Below, in pieces: positions 13,240 through 23,545 of a DNA stretch of 64,000 bases. Position 1 is the stretch's first letter. Every line of letters starts with the position of its first letter. This DNA comes from Azolla caroliniana (lineage: Eukaryota > Plantae > Polypodiophyta), in contig JBHGNT010000005.1 of assembly GCA_043228905.1 (NCBI GenBank), forward strand, positions 12,524,001 through 12,588,000, in the 5' to 3' direction. The translations under genes and the position numbers were made by a program. The notes below the pieces were generated by a model. It saw only the letters and a program-made list of their open reading frames with translations. It searched no databases and was not told the origin of the DNA.

Positions 13240-14819
13240 TTTCGGTCCGGTGTCCACTTCAAATCGGTACCATCGGTTTCCTTGTCTTTCCGGAAATGCT
13301 GACAGTTCTTCTGGAAGTGTCCCGACTTGCCGCAATAGAAGCAAGTAGGCCTCCCCCTTGACTTTGACCGTGTCCCCGACTTCTCCTGGTTTTGGGGACT
13401 ACGGTTTCTATGTCTTCCGGGTTCCGATTCGGTAAGGAGCGCTTTGGAGTCGGAGCTCGTATCTTTATCTTTCCGACGCGCCTCCTCATCCAGCAGGCTT
13501 GACTTCACTCTTGCTAGGGATAACCGTTTTCCTTCCGGCCCGGCGTTGCCCAAAGTGACAACCAACGTCTCCCAGCTATCCGGGAGGGAACCGAGCAGGA
13601 GTAGCGCTAGTACCTCATCGGCGAGAGGTACTTCCAATGAAGTTGCCTGGTGGATCAGCCCCTGGAAGGCATTCATGTGCTCTACCATGCTGGAGCCATC
13701 TTGGTAACGGAGTCTTACTAGCTTCTGGAATACCGACACCTGATTAACAACATTTTTGTTCTGAAACATAATGCCGATCTTCTCCCAGAGCTCATGAGCC
13801 TTGCTCTCTTCATTGAAGTTGTTGTATAGGCTCATGTTGATGAAGCACCGTATGTACGCCGTTGTCTTCATGTGCATCACCTCCCATATCGCGGCGTCGA
13901 TTTTGTCCGGTCTCTTGTCCCCGAACTGAACCGGCAGCCAGAGGTCTTTAACCATGAGCATGTCCCTCATCTTCGACTTCCACATTGAATAGTTGGAGCT
14001 GGTGAGCTTGAACATGCCGCCAAACGATTCGTCCATTTTCTGTGTCGTTTTGCTCTGATACCAATTGACGGGAACACAACGCTCCTTATGCACAACGCTC
14101 GGCCACAACCGAGCTTAGAATCAAACACAGAAAACAAGAAACGGAAAAACACGCGACACAAAAGGAGAGAAGAGGTACACAGGATGTTTATGTGGAAAAC
14201 CCCAAACTAGGGGAAAAACCACGGCAGCCCACAGGCTGCGAACTGTCACTATGTAAGAATGTACAACAGTGAGTTCACTGAGGCAACGACCTCGTGCTCA
14301 CAGATCTTCGCCACAGGCGGCTGTTACAACAGAGGCAATGACCTCTTTCTCTCTCTCACGCTCTGTACAGTTACGCACTCACTCTTCTTTTTCAAACAAG
14401 AATGAAAACTACTACTACTAGTTTGCCCTAAGTCATATTTATACTAATATGACTTTTCGGCTATTTACAAATATAGCGTCGGTGGACTATCAGAAACATA
14501 TTTACGAATATGTCTCTTCATCCGGTTCTCACCGAGTCTGTATCATTCGACTCTCTGTAGCCAAGTACTCCTCATCCGGTTCATACCGGGTCTGCACCAT
14601 CCGGCTCTCCGTAGCCGGGTACTCCTCATCCGGTTCATACCGGGTCTGCACCATCCGGCTCTCCGTAGCCGGGTACTCCTCATCCGGTTCATACCGGGTC
14701 TACACCATCCGGCTCTCCGTAGCCGGGTACTCCTCATACGGTTTCGGCCTCGGCCTATCGGCACTGTTCATCAGCACTGTTCTTCTCCCTTCCCATCCGG
14801 AGTGACCTGTCTCCCAACA
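13237..14819 (-). mobile_element. 5' part of Copia Z: gag (13237-14036), PBS (14052-14063) and 5' LTR 14066-14819
   Basis: gag is nearly identical to the one ending at 11753. The LTR has TG..CA termini and is inserted antisense into Copia X pol at the GNEG codons. Confidence 0.88.
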
Positions 14820-17747
14820 GGAATGAAGGTACATGCCAAATTGTCGGCATAGGAGACGTGTGGTTGACAACACCAACCGGATGCAAGATGCTACTGAAGG
14901 ATGTCCGAGACGTTCCGGAAGTTCGACTGAACCTGATATCAGCCGGTCGGCTAGATGATGAAGGCTACACGGGTAGCATCCGGAACGGTGTTATGAAGTT
15001 CATCAAAGGGAGCCTGATTGTGGCTCGGGCCCGGAAGGTCAACACGTTGTACTTGATGAATGCCCGGTTAAGTCCGGAGGAAGTGAACGTAGCATCCGAC
15101 ACTGCCGGTGAGCTATGGCACAAGATGTTGTGTCACATGAGCGTGAAAGGGATGAAGAGGCTTGCTGACGACAACCTCATTCCAGTGAAGAACGTGCACT
15201 GATTGTCTGGCCGGTAAACAAAACCGGACCTCTTTCCGATCAAGGCCACCGATGAGACGTAATGCACCACTGGAGTTGGTGCATACTGATGTATGTCAAG
15301 TGGACACGAAGTCACATGCCGGAGCACAGTACTTTGTGAGGTTCATAGATGACCACATCCGGAAGCTGTGGGCCACACCATTGAAGATGAAGGATCAGGT
15401 GCTATCCGTCTTCAAAGATCTCCACGCGAGAGTGGAAAGAGAAACTGGCCGGAAGCTGAAGGCGGTTCGAGCAGATAACAGAGGTGAATACCGGGGGCAG
15501 TTCGAGGAGTACTGCCGGTCGAAGGGAATCCGGCTCGAATTTACCGTGCCGAAGACGCCGGAACTAAACGGGCTGGCCGAGAGGATGAACCAGACTATAA
15601 TGGAGAGGGTCTGGAGTATGCTGGCGCATGCAAAATTACCCAAGACGTTTTGGGCTGAGGCGCTATCGACAACGACGTATGTGATAAACAGATCACCCTC
15701 AGTGCCCTTGGATGGAGACATGCCACAGAGAGTCTGGACCGGTAAGGAAGTGTCCTACCGGCATCTGACAGTGTTCGGGTGTCTCGTGTACGTGCATGTT
15801 GCTAAGGACCGGAGAGGAAAGTTAGATCCAAAGACCCGGCCATGCATATTCCTCGGATACGGAGATGATGAGTTCGGCTACCGAGTGTGGGACCCGGTCG
15901 ACAAGAAGGTATTCCAGAGTCGAGATATTATCTTCATGGAGAACAAGACGCTCGCCAACTGGGAGTCGGAGAAGAAGATAATGAACTCCGAGTCGACCGG
16001 TAGGGATCGATTCTACGATGAGCAGACCCAACCGGCAAGAGGCCGGTTAGCACTCGAGGAACCAGCCGGTTACGGTGAGGATACCGAACCGGCAGAAGAA
16101 GAAGTAGAGGAGGCTGAAACCCTAAATCGGATTCGGATGAAGAGCAAATGGAGGAGCCGGTTACCGAAGCCCAAAGACGGAGATATCCTCTCAGAGAGAG
16201 AAGGGCCCCCCGGAGATTTCTGGATGCAGAGCATGTGCTGCTAACCGATGAGGGGGAGCCGGAAAGCTTCGAAGAAGTGAAGGCCGACACCCACAACCGC
16301 AAATGGTTAAGTGCCATGCAGGATGAGATGGATTCCCTGCATGAGAACCATACGTACGAAGTGGTGGAGTTGCCGAAAGGAAAGCGTGGACAAGTTGAAA
16401 CCGGGAGATGCCGGCAACCCCCCGACATACAAAGCTAGGATCATGGTGAAGGGGTTCTAGCAGAAGAAGGGCGTGGACTTCGACGAGATATTTGCCCCGG
16501 TAGTGAAGATGACCTCCATCTAGACGGTGCTGAGTATAGCATCAAGCATGAACCTCGAGGTAGAGCAGCTGGACGTGAAGACGCCATTCCTTCACGGTGA
16601 CCTTGAAGAGGAGATCTACATGCAGCAACCGGAAGGATTCATGAAGAAAGGGAAGGAGCACCTGGTATGCCAGTTGAAGAAGAGCCTGTACGGACTGAAG
16701 CAGGCTCCCCGACAATGGTACCGGAAGTTCGACTCCTTCATGACCGATCAAGGGTACCACAAGACGCAGGCTGATCACTGTGTGTTTGTGAAGAAGTTCG
16801 AAGGAGGCGACTTCCTGATACTCCTTCTGTACGTGGACAACATGTTGATCGTCGGACGGGACCAAGCCAAAATACAGATGCTGAAGAACGCTCTCAACCG
16901 GACCTTCTCAATGAAAGACTTGGGTCCGACAAGACAGATGCTGGGGATGCGTTGTCGTGCCTTTCGGCTTCGGATCGTTGCGTGAGTCGGGTGGGAACCA
17001 CAGAGGTCTTGGACTAGGAGAAAGAAGTTCGTGAGATAGAGATTAATTATGAGTAAATAGCAAAGAGAAAGATAAGAAACTCGTGAATCACACGAGTATA
17101 CTATATTAATTGGTACTTAGGGTGTTAAGAGAGAAGTAGATGTATAAATCGTGAATCCCACGAATAATTTTTGTATTGATTAATACTTAATCCAAATAAT
17201 CAACAACCCTTTATATATTTCTCTCCTCATATAAGGAAGGAAGAGCCAAGCATGGCTTCATGCTTTTTTTTTACAAAAAGTGTTCATGTCCACTAAATGT
17301 GCATGTGATGCTTTTTTTTATTTCCTAAGTATAGGGCTCATGCACGCTAGATGTGCATGAGTTATTTTTAGTGTCTCGTGTTTTCTTTTTCATATATTAA
17401 AAAAATACACGATTTACCTTTTAATAAAGGTATGCATAAATAAAGGTCTTATACGTATTAAATCTATATTTAAAACACTTAAGATAAGTTAATGTAATGG
17501 TAAGGTTGGGGTTTGTCAACGTGGAGGTGCAGAGTTCGAATCACGCCCTGCGCAGTAGTGAGTATTTCCTTTTTTTTTTTTTACATTTATGTCTCTTTAT
17601 CCGGCTCTTCCTTGCCGGTATGCCGTTTTCTTCCTTGCCGGTATGCCGTTTTCCTCCTTGCCGGTATGCCGTTTTCTTCCGGTTCTCACCGAGCACTCCA
17701 TTCTCTATCCGGAGGGACAAAAATATAATTTCCACATAGTGTGCAAC

Positions 17748-20700
17748 CTACACTACGACACTCGCCCCCTCCAAACTCGCACATCCTCCGGTATGTGCCG
17801 AAGTTCTTGATTCTTCGTATCCATCTTCATCCGAAGCTTCCTCCGATTCTCCCCTTATGTTGACTATGAGTTGTAATCCACTTGCTTCGCTTCCCGCATC
17901 ATTGTGGTCTTCGTCCGATTGCTCCTCGTTGTCGGCCTCGACTTGGATCACATAAGGTTTGTCGTCGGTCCGCTTCTTGAAAATCTTCACCCGCTTCCCG
18001 GCTATAGGCACTCGTAGTATTGTTCCATCCAACTCGGACAGTCGGTACGTCCCGTTGTCGAAGACCTTCCGAACCTCGTACGGCCCGAACCACCTTTTCG
18101 CGAATTTCCGCATCGTTGTATGTTGATGGTCCAAGCTACTATCATAGACGATCACCCAATCTCCTTCTTCAATCCTCCTCGGTCGTAGTCGGTGCTTTGT
18201 GTCGAACCGGCTTTTGTTCCGGAACCGTGCTTCTTGTTGTCGGCGTGACGCTTCCGCTACATCTTTCGGTCTTCCCTCCAGTTGTCGTATCCGGACCGCT
18301 AGTAGTTCTTCCCGGCTCATCTCTTCCTTCCACGGTAGTATTGTCCATGTCGCGATTGCGGTTTCCGTTGGCATTACCGGTGCTTGTCCGGTCATGAGTT
18401 CTGCCGGCATGTATCTGGTCACGGAGCTATGCGTCGTCCGATCCGCCCATAGTGCATACGGAAGCATTTGTGGCCAATCCTTCACCCTTCCGTCGCATGC
18501 CTTCGCAAGTGCTTTCACGATCGGACTATGTCCTCGTTCGATCTTCCCGTTGGCCTCCGGATTGTAGGCCGTTGTCAACGTTAACCGAACTCCATGTTTG
18601 GCGAAGAATCCCCTAGCTTTGTCCGAGTCGAGTTCTCCCCGGTCCGCAATCACTTGTCCTACGCAGCCGTACCTACAAAACACTTCTTCCAAAAGAAATT
18701 GGCACACCGCGGCACACGTTTTCCTCCGAAGCGCTCGACCTTCAACTTGGTTTGTGAGATCTTCTCGAGCTAACACCAAGTATTTCTTTTGTCCAATCCC
18801 GGTCGGCATAGCTACAATGTCGACCATCCACTTGAAGTTGATTGTCGGTGAGAATGTCGGATGCAGCTCATCTCGGTGTCGAACCCCGGAGTAGACTTGA
18901 CATTTCTCGCAGCTTTCTGTGAACTCCGCGACATCTTTATACATGTTCTTCCACCAATATCTTTGCTTGATTTTCACAAAAGTTGCCCATGTTCCTCGAT
19001 GTCCAGCCCAATCGGATTCGTGGAACTCGGACATTATCCGGTTTCGTTGCTCTTTCGTCCCGACTACTCGAAGTGGTATCCCATCCGGTCTTTTCGGCGT
19101 CCTCCATATTAAACCGTTTTCCAAGAAGAACTTTTGGACTTGCCTCTTCTTCCTTCGGATCTCGGCTCTCCTTTCTTTATCATTGGTTGAATCCTCGACC
19201 TCTTGTAGCATCTTCCCGATCATCAAGGTTTCCCCCTCGTATTCTTCTTCCCGGAATTCTCGGATCACGTTCACTCGGCATATGTGTTCTGACGTGAAGT
19301 AGTCTTCGGAAACTTCTTCATTATCTGATTCGGTTATGTCGTCTTCAAACCGCGCCCTCGATAACATGTCCGCTACCGCGTTGTCCTTCCCCGAGATGTG
19401 TCGAACCTCCGGATTAAGTGACTTGACATATGCAATCCACCTTAGCATAGCCACATCCGGTATCGTACAACACCGCATCATCCCGAGTATCGGAAGACAA
19501 TCCGTCTCGACCACCACTTCAGCTCCGATCAAATAATCCCGATCCGATTTTATCGCCGACACGACTCCCCACAATTCTCTTTTAACTTGTGCATATCCGC
19601 GTTGCCTTTCGTTGAGGACCTTTGCTCCAAATCGGATCGGATACCGCGAACCATCCGAGTCGGCTTGATTGATGACCCACCCGATACCGGTTGGACTTGT
19701 ATCAACCGTTACTATGATTGGCCGCTCGTAGCTTGGCTTCTTAAGTGATTCCGCCCTCCATAGTGTCTTCTTGAGCTTCCTCATGGCTTTAGTGTGTTCC
19801 GGTTTCCACTCGAATTTCTTACCTTTCCGCAACAAGTGATAGAGCGGGTCCGCTATATGTGCATAGTGCGGAATCCATATGTGATAGAATGCACACGCAC
19901 CCAGAAACCTTCGGACTTCCGATGTTGACTCACATACTTCCTTCATAGCTTGAATCGCATCGATCTTTGTTGGTGACGGTCTTCGGCCGTAGGGTCCACA
20001 TAGATGTCCGACCACCAATATTTCTTCTTGCCCGAATGCCGATTTCTCCCCGGAAAGTGTTAGGTGCACATCTTCTAGCTTTCGCAACACTTTCTCGCAA
20101 TCATGAATATGGTCGACCACGAACTTTCGGCATCCCCGATCATCCATAGTCTCATCTTTTTCTTCCACCGCGCATCCTTTCATCGGAATGTCATCTAGAA
20201 ACGGCATCGTTATCTCCGGGATGCAATCTCGAAGCACCTTGTTCATCGCGTTCATCATATGTGCAACCGAGTTTGTCGCTCCTTGTGGTAGTGTGCACAT
20301 TCGAACTAGTCCTATCGGTGTCCGCATGGTAGTGATGTCTCGGCTCTCCACGGCTAGTTGGAATTGGTCATACCCCGAGTATAGGTCCCCGATGGAGTAT
20401 ATCGCACGTCCGGCAAAAGCTTCCGCGAATTCGTCCACTATCGGACCGACTCCCGAGTTCCGGATCGTGACCTTGTTCACCGGTTGCAAGTCTTGGATGA
20501 ATCGGAGTGACCCATTCTTCTTCGGAACCGTAAACCATCGATTTGAGTACGGAGCACTTGATGGCTCTAGAATCCCCATCGCCACCTTCTCCTTGAGCAA
20601 GTCGATGACTTTCGGAATATGCGCCCGTGGCACCGGAATCGGCTTCAGGTTCCACGGTACATGATCAATCGTGAAAATCACCATCGGCTCCACTATCTTT

Positions 20701-21284
20701 GGATCAATGCATCCGATCTCCCTCGATGTGAACGCGAATGCTTTGCCATGTTGCTCCAACATCTCTCGAAACCGTTTTTCTTCTTCTTGTAAGAGGAACC
20801 CACCTCCACCGATCCGAAGTTTCTTCCGGGTCTCATCTGTGAAGGCATGTCCGATATCCACGGACTTCCGAAGTGTCGGATCTCCCGACACTTCTTTCTT
20901 CTTTTGTTCGCTATCGGCGGGTAGTGGTCCCGCGGCCGGTTTCACCTTCTTCTCCACGGTCTTGTATTTCGTACTTACCATTGCTTCTTCTTTGCGGAGC
21001 GCATCCGACCCCATTTTCGCAACGATCTCGTACATCTCGACCGATTCCACCGGGACTACCCGGTTCCCTTGGCTTTTATCTTCCGCAAGCTCTTCAAGCC
21101 GTTGTAGTGTATTCCCATAGAACACTTCCTCGATCACTCCCACGATTTCTTCCGCAAGCTCTTCAAGCCGTTGTAGTGTATTCCCATAGAACACTTCCTC
21201 GATCACTCCCACGATTTCTTCGTCTTCTTTTATTATTGATGCCGACCGTAACTTATCCTCCACTTGTCGGTATTGTTTCTTCAT
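17748..21284 (-). CDS. Gypsy Pol (RT-RNase H-integrase); frame is open upstream to the gag stop
   Basis: LPQG and FLDD RT motifs, DTS..RELWGV RNase H, HHCC and DDE integrase, GPY motif, no chromodomain. Confidence 0.95.
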   Translation of the reverse strand: MKKQYRQVEDKLRSASIIKEDEEIVGVIEEVFYGNTLQRLEELAEEIVGVIEEVFYGNTLQRLEELAEDKSQGNRVVPVESVEMYEIVAKMGSDALRKEEAMVSTKYKTVEKKVKPAAGPLPADSEQKKKEVSGDPTLRKSVDIGHAFTDETRKKLRIGGGGFLLQEEEKRFREMLEQHGKAFAFTSREIGCIDPKIVEPMVIFTIDHVPWNLKPIPVPRAHIPKVIDLLKEKVAMGILEPSSAPYSNRWFTVPKKNGSLRFIQDLQPVNKVTIRNSGVGPIVDEFAEAFAGRAIYSIGDLYSGYDQFQLAVESRDITTMRTPIGLVRMCTLPQGATNSVAHMMNAMNKVLRDCIPEITMPFLDDIPMKGCAVEEKDETMDDRGCRKFVVDHIHDCEKVLRKLEDVHLTLSGEKSAFGQEEILVVGHLCGPYGRRPSPTKIDAIQAMKEVCESTSEVRRFLGACAFYHIWIPHYAHIADPLYHLLRKGKKFEWKPEHTKAMRKLKKTLWRAESLKKPSYERPIIVTVDTSPTGIGWVINQADSDGSRYPIRFGAKVLNERQRGYAQVKRELWGVVSAIKSDRDYLIGAEVVVETDCLPILGMMRCCTIPDVAMLRWIAYVKSLNPEVRHISGKDNAVADMLSRARFEDDITESDNEEVSEDYFTSEHICRVNVIREFREEEYEGETLMIGKMLQEVEDSTNDKERRAEIRRKKRQVQKFFLENGLIWRTPKRPDGIPLRVVGTKEQRNRIMSEFHESDWAGHRGTWATFVKIKQRYWWKNMYKDVAEFTESCEKCQVYSGVRHRDELHPTFSPTINFKWMVDIVAMPTGIGQKKYLVLAREDLTNQVEGRALRRKTCAAVCQFLLEEVFCRYGCVGQVIADRGELDSDKARGFFAKHGVRLTLTTAYNPEANGKIERGHSPIVKALAKACDGRVKDWPQMLPYALWADRTTHSSVTRYMPAELMTGQAPVMPTETAIATWTILPWKEEMSREELLAVRIRQLEGRPKDVAEASRRQQEARFRNKSRFDTKHRLRPRRIEEGDWVIVYDSSLDHQHTTMRKFAKRWFGPYEVRKVFDNGTYRLSELDGTILRVPIAGKRVKIFKKRTDDKPYVIQVEADNEEQSDEDHNDAGSEASGLQLIVNIRGESEEASDEDGYEESRTSAHTGGCASLEGASVVV

Positions 21285-21364
21285 TCCTCCGGTTACGGCC
21301 GTGTACGTAGATGCCCCATCTGGGCCGATTCGTACTTGTTTTGCTCCGAGAGTTTTCTTCCTGT

Positions 21365-21428
21365 GTGGGGTATCAGGGCTTTTCGGACTATCACTTCCCC
21401 ACTCCGCAACAGTCCGCTTTAAAAATCC
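21365..21428 (-). promoter_or_regulatory. Putative -1 ribosomal frameshift signal (G_GAT_TTT plus pseudoknot)
   Basis: The heptamer sits directly before the gag TAA, pol is in the -1 frame and open across the junction, and two stems can be formed downstream. Confidence 0.8.
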
Positions 21429-23545
21429 ATTCTCACTTGGGACAAGAGTTCCCTCTTGTTCCTTTCGTGATTTGCCGGCACCGTTAGGAATTGGACGGAT
21501 TTCCCTCCGTTTTGGCTCCGAATTCGCGCAAAAGCCGCACCACTATCGAGCACCTTCGTCTCCATCCGTGAAGCCGTGATAAAGGGTTGGACGAGGATGA
21601 CAGAATGTGAAACCTCATCCTGCAGAAAGAAATTTTGGTCAATTTCGACATCCCCGATCTTTACCGTCACATCCGGACAAGCCGCAAATAGGTCTTCTGT
21701 CGTTTTCGTGGCTGCCCGAATCTTCCATCCATGGTTGGTGTTTATAGGCCACTTCCCCTTTCGGTAGAACTCCTTGGACATCAAGTTGATCTCCGATCCG
21801 TGATCAATCAATGCTAGCACGGGTTCTTTGATGTTGCCGATTCGGACCGGAGTCTCCGTAGTCGCACGTGCCCAGTGTGGCCTTGTATAGTGGGAGTTCG
21901 GAATTTCGCCTTCCACTTCGGTGTCGTTCATTGAAACGGTATTTGCATTCACCCTTGGAGCATTTTCCTCCGTACTTTGTCTCTTCCTTTTCACGAGATC
22001 CACGAGAAGATCGTGAAACTCCTTCTTCGCTATTCCGAGTAGTTCCCGCAGCGAAAAATCTACCCGGCTATCCAAGATTCTTTCCTCGAACACTCTTTTC
22101 AAGTCGGTTTGTTGTTCTATGTCCGAGGCGAGCTTGAATGCCGGAGTCGCCTTTTCTTTTCCCTTACCTCCGGAGTTCCAGCTTTCCGGTATCTTCGATG
22201 GTCCGGCCGCATCCTCCGTGCGCCTTCGTTTCTCGTCCACATACACCTCATGTAATTGACACAGGGCGTATATGCTATTCTTGTCGACAGGGCACTCCCA
22301 TCCCGTAGCTTCCCGGACGCTTTCCGCGGTGTTTCGGATATCGTTGGAGTCGGTTTTCTCGGTGTTTCCTAGCACCTCCGGCCAGAAAGACGCCTTCGCT
22401 CCCGATGACTCCCCGACACATATTCCCGCGGTTGTCGCATAGTTGCTTCTTGCCGCTAACTCCTCCTCGAGCACCTTCTTCATGCCGCCTTTCCGGAAGT
22501 TCGGTCGGAGTGGCTTCCGAGAGTCCATCGAATGAATCCGGTTTTCCTTGTAGTAGATGAGATCCCGTCGTAGCGCCTCCTTCTGGTCGTCGCAATCCCT
22601 CCGATCGTGTTCGGCGCTATCGCACCATATGCACCGTCGATCCGTATATTTGGAGCTTGTGGGGCGGTCATCCGACTTCTTCACCATCGCGATCTTTAGA
22701 TTCTCCATTTCCTTCAGCAGCTGCTCCACCGTAGACGCGTCGACTCCCTTCTCGGCCGTAATCTCCCGAGCCCTCGGTTGATGGTCTTCCAGTCCCGTTC
22801 TCGGTTTCGGAATCGGTTCCGAAACCCTCTTTTCTTCGTTGGCAAGCCATTGCCCCCTCTTCGTGTACCGCGCGACGATATCCCGCACGCTTTCCCATGT
22901 TTCGGTGAGGCCGCTTTCGGTGGTCGTGTCCTCAAGAAGCACTCCGAGATCTTTCCGGTCCCGGACGTCCACAGCTCGCAAAAACATGATGACTTTGTCC
23001 GGTGCAAGAATAGTTTGATCTCTCGCGGACAACCTCCCGAACCGACTTTCGAATGTCGAAAACACTTCGAGGACCTTCAGCCCCTTACCTGACGTTTCCA
23101 CCCAATCCTCGAATCCCCTCCGCGTTGCCTTGGAGGAGTCCTCGATGGCAAACGTGGTCTTTAACGCCTCTTCGAATGCTTCCCACGTCGGATTTTGTTG
23201 TTGCAACCCGTGGATACTCCCTTGAAGCCCGTCGGTCGCCACCCGGTTAAAGGATGTCACTTGCAGTCCTTCCGAAGCCCGGCACCGGAGCATCTCCGCC
23301 TTGTAGTCCTGCAAATATCGCGACACATCCTTACCATTAAATTGCCCGTTGCGTTGCACGAGCCGCTCTACTGATGCCGAAATCTCCGACATCGTGCGTT
23401 GTTCTTGAAGCATCCGTTCGAACATCGCCATCATATTGTTAGCTTGTTGAGCCTCCATCTCCTTGCCACCCGTCTTCACGTCGGGTTCACCAACTGTGTC
23501 GTGCCTTTCGGCTCCGGATCGTTGCGTGAGTCGGGTGGGAACCAC
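21419..23545 (-). CDS. Gypsy Gag-protease ORF (listed start is a GTG inside the LTR; first ATG is MEAQ)
   Basis: CIWCDSAEHDRRDC knuckle, a PAFKLASDIE..FSLRELLGIA segment resembling DUF4100, and protease motif LIDHGSEINLM. Confidence 0.9.
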   Translation of the reverse strand: MVPTRLTQRSGAERHDTVGEPDVKTGGKEMEAQQANNMMAMFERMLQEQRTMSEISASVERLVQRNGQFNGKDVSRYLQDYKAEMLRCRASEGLQVTSFNRVATDGLQGSIHGLQQQNPTWEAFEEALKTTFAIEDSSKATRRGFEDWVETSGKGLKVLEVFSTFESRFGRLSARDQTILAPDKVIMFLRAVDVRDRKDLGVLLEDTTTESGLTETWESVRDIVARYTKRGQWLANEEKRVSEPIPKPRTGLEDHQPRAREITAEKGVDASTVEQLLKEMENLKIAMVKKSDDRPTSSKYTDRRCIWCDSAEHDRRDCDDQKEALRRDLIYYKENRIHSMDSRKPLRPNFRKGGMKKVLEEELAARSNYATTAGICVGESSGAKASFWPEVLGNTEKTDSNDIRNTAESVREATGWECPVDKNSIYALCQLHEVYVDEKRRRTEDAAGPSKIPESWNSGGKGKEKATPAFKLASDIEQQTDLKRVFEERILDSRVDFSLRELLGIAKKEFHDLLVDLVKRKRQSTEENAPRVNANTVSMNDTEVEGEIPNSHYTRPHWARATTETPVRIGNIKEPVLALIDHGSEINLMSKEFYRKGKWPINTNHGWKIRAATKTTEDLFAACPDVTVKIGDVEIDQNFFLQDEVSHSVILVQPFITASRMETKVLDSGAAFARIRSQNGGKSVQFLTVPANHERNKRELLSQVRMDF
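23475..23492 (-). promoter_or_regulatory. Primer-binding site complementary to the tRNA-Trp 3' end
   Basis: TGGTGAACCCGACGTGAA lies 4 nt inside the 5' LTR edge and matches the recalled plant tRNA-Trp end TTCACGTCGGGTTCACCA. It is identical in copy B (29313-29330). Confidence 0.8.

Noticed and set aside
14520-14745. CRISPR-like regular repeats
   Set aside because: They are head-to-tail repeats without unique spacers, inside eukaryotic LTRs, and no cas genes are present.
14449-14805. Repeat-peptide ORFs in Copia LTRs (also 25217-25575, 32725-33123, 37547-37867)
   Set aside because: These are by-products of stop-free 27/54-bp U3 tandem repeats.
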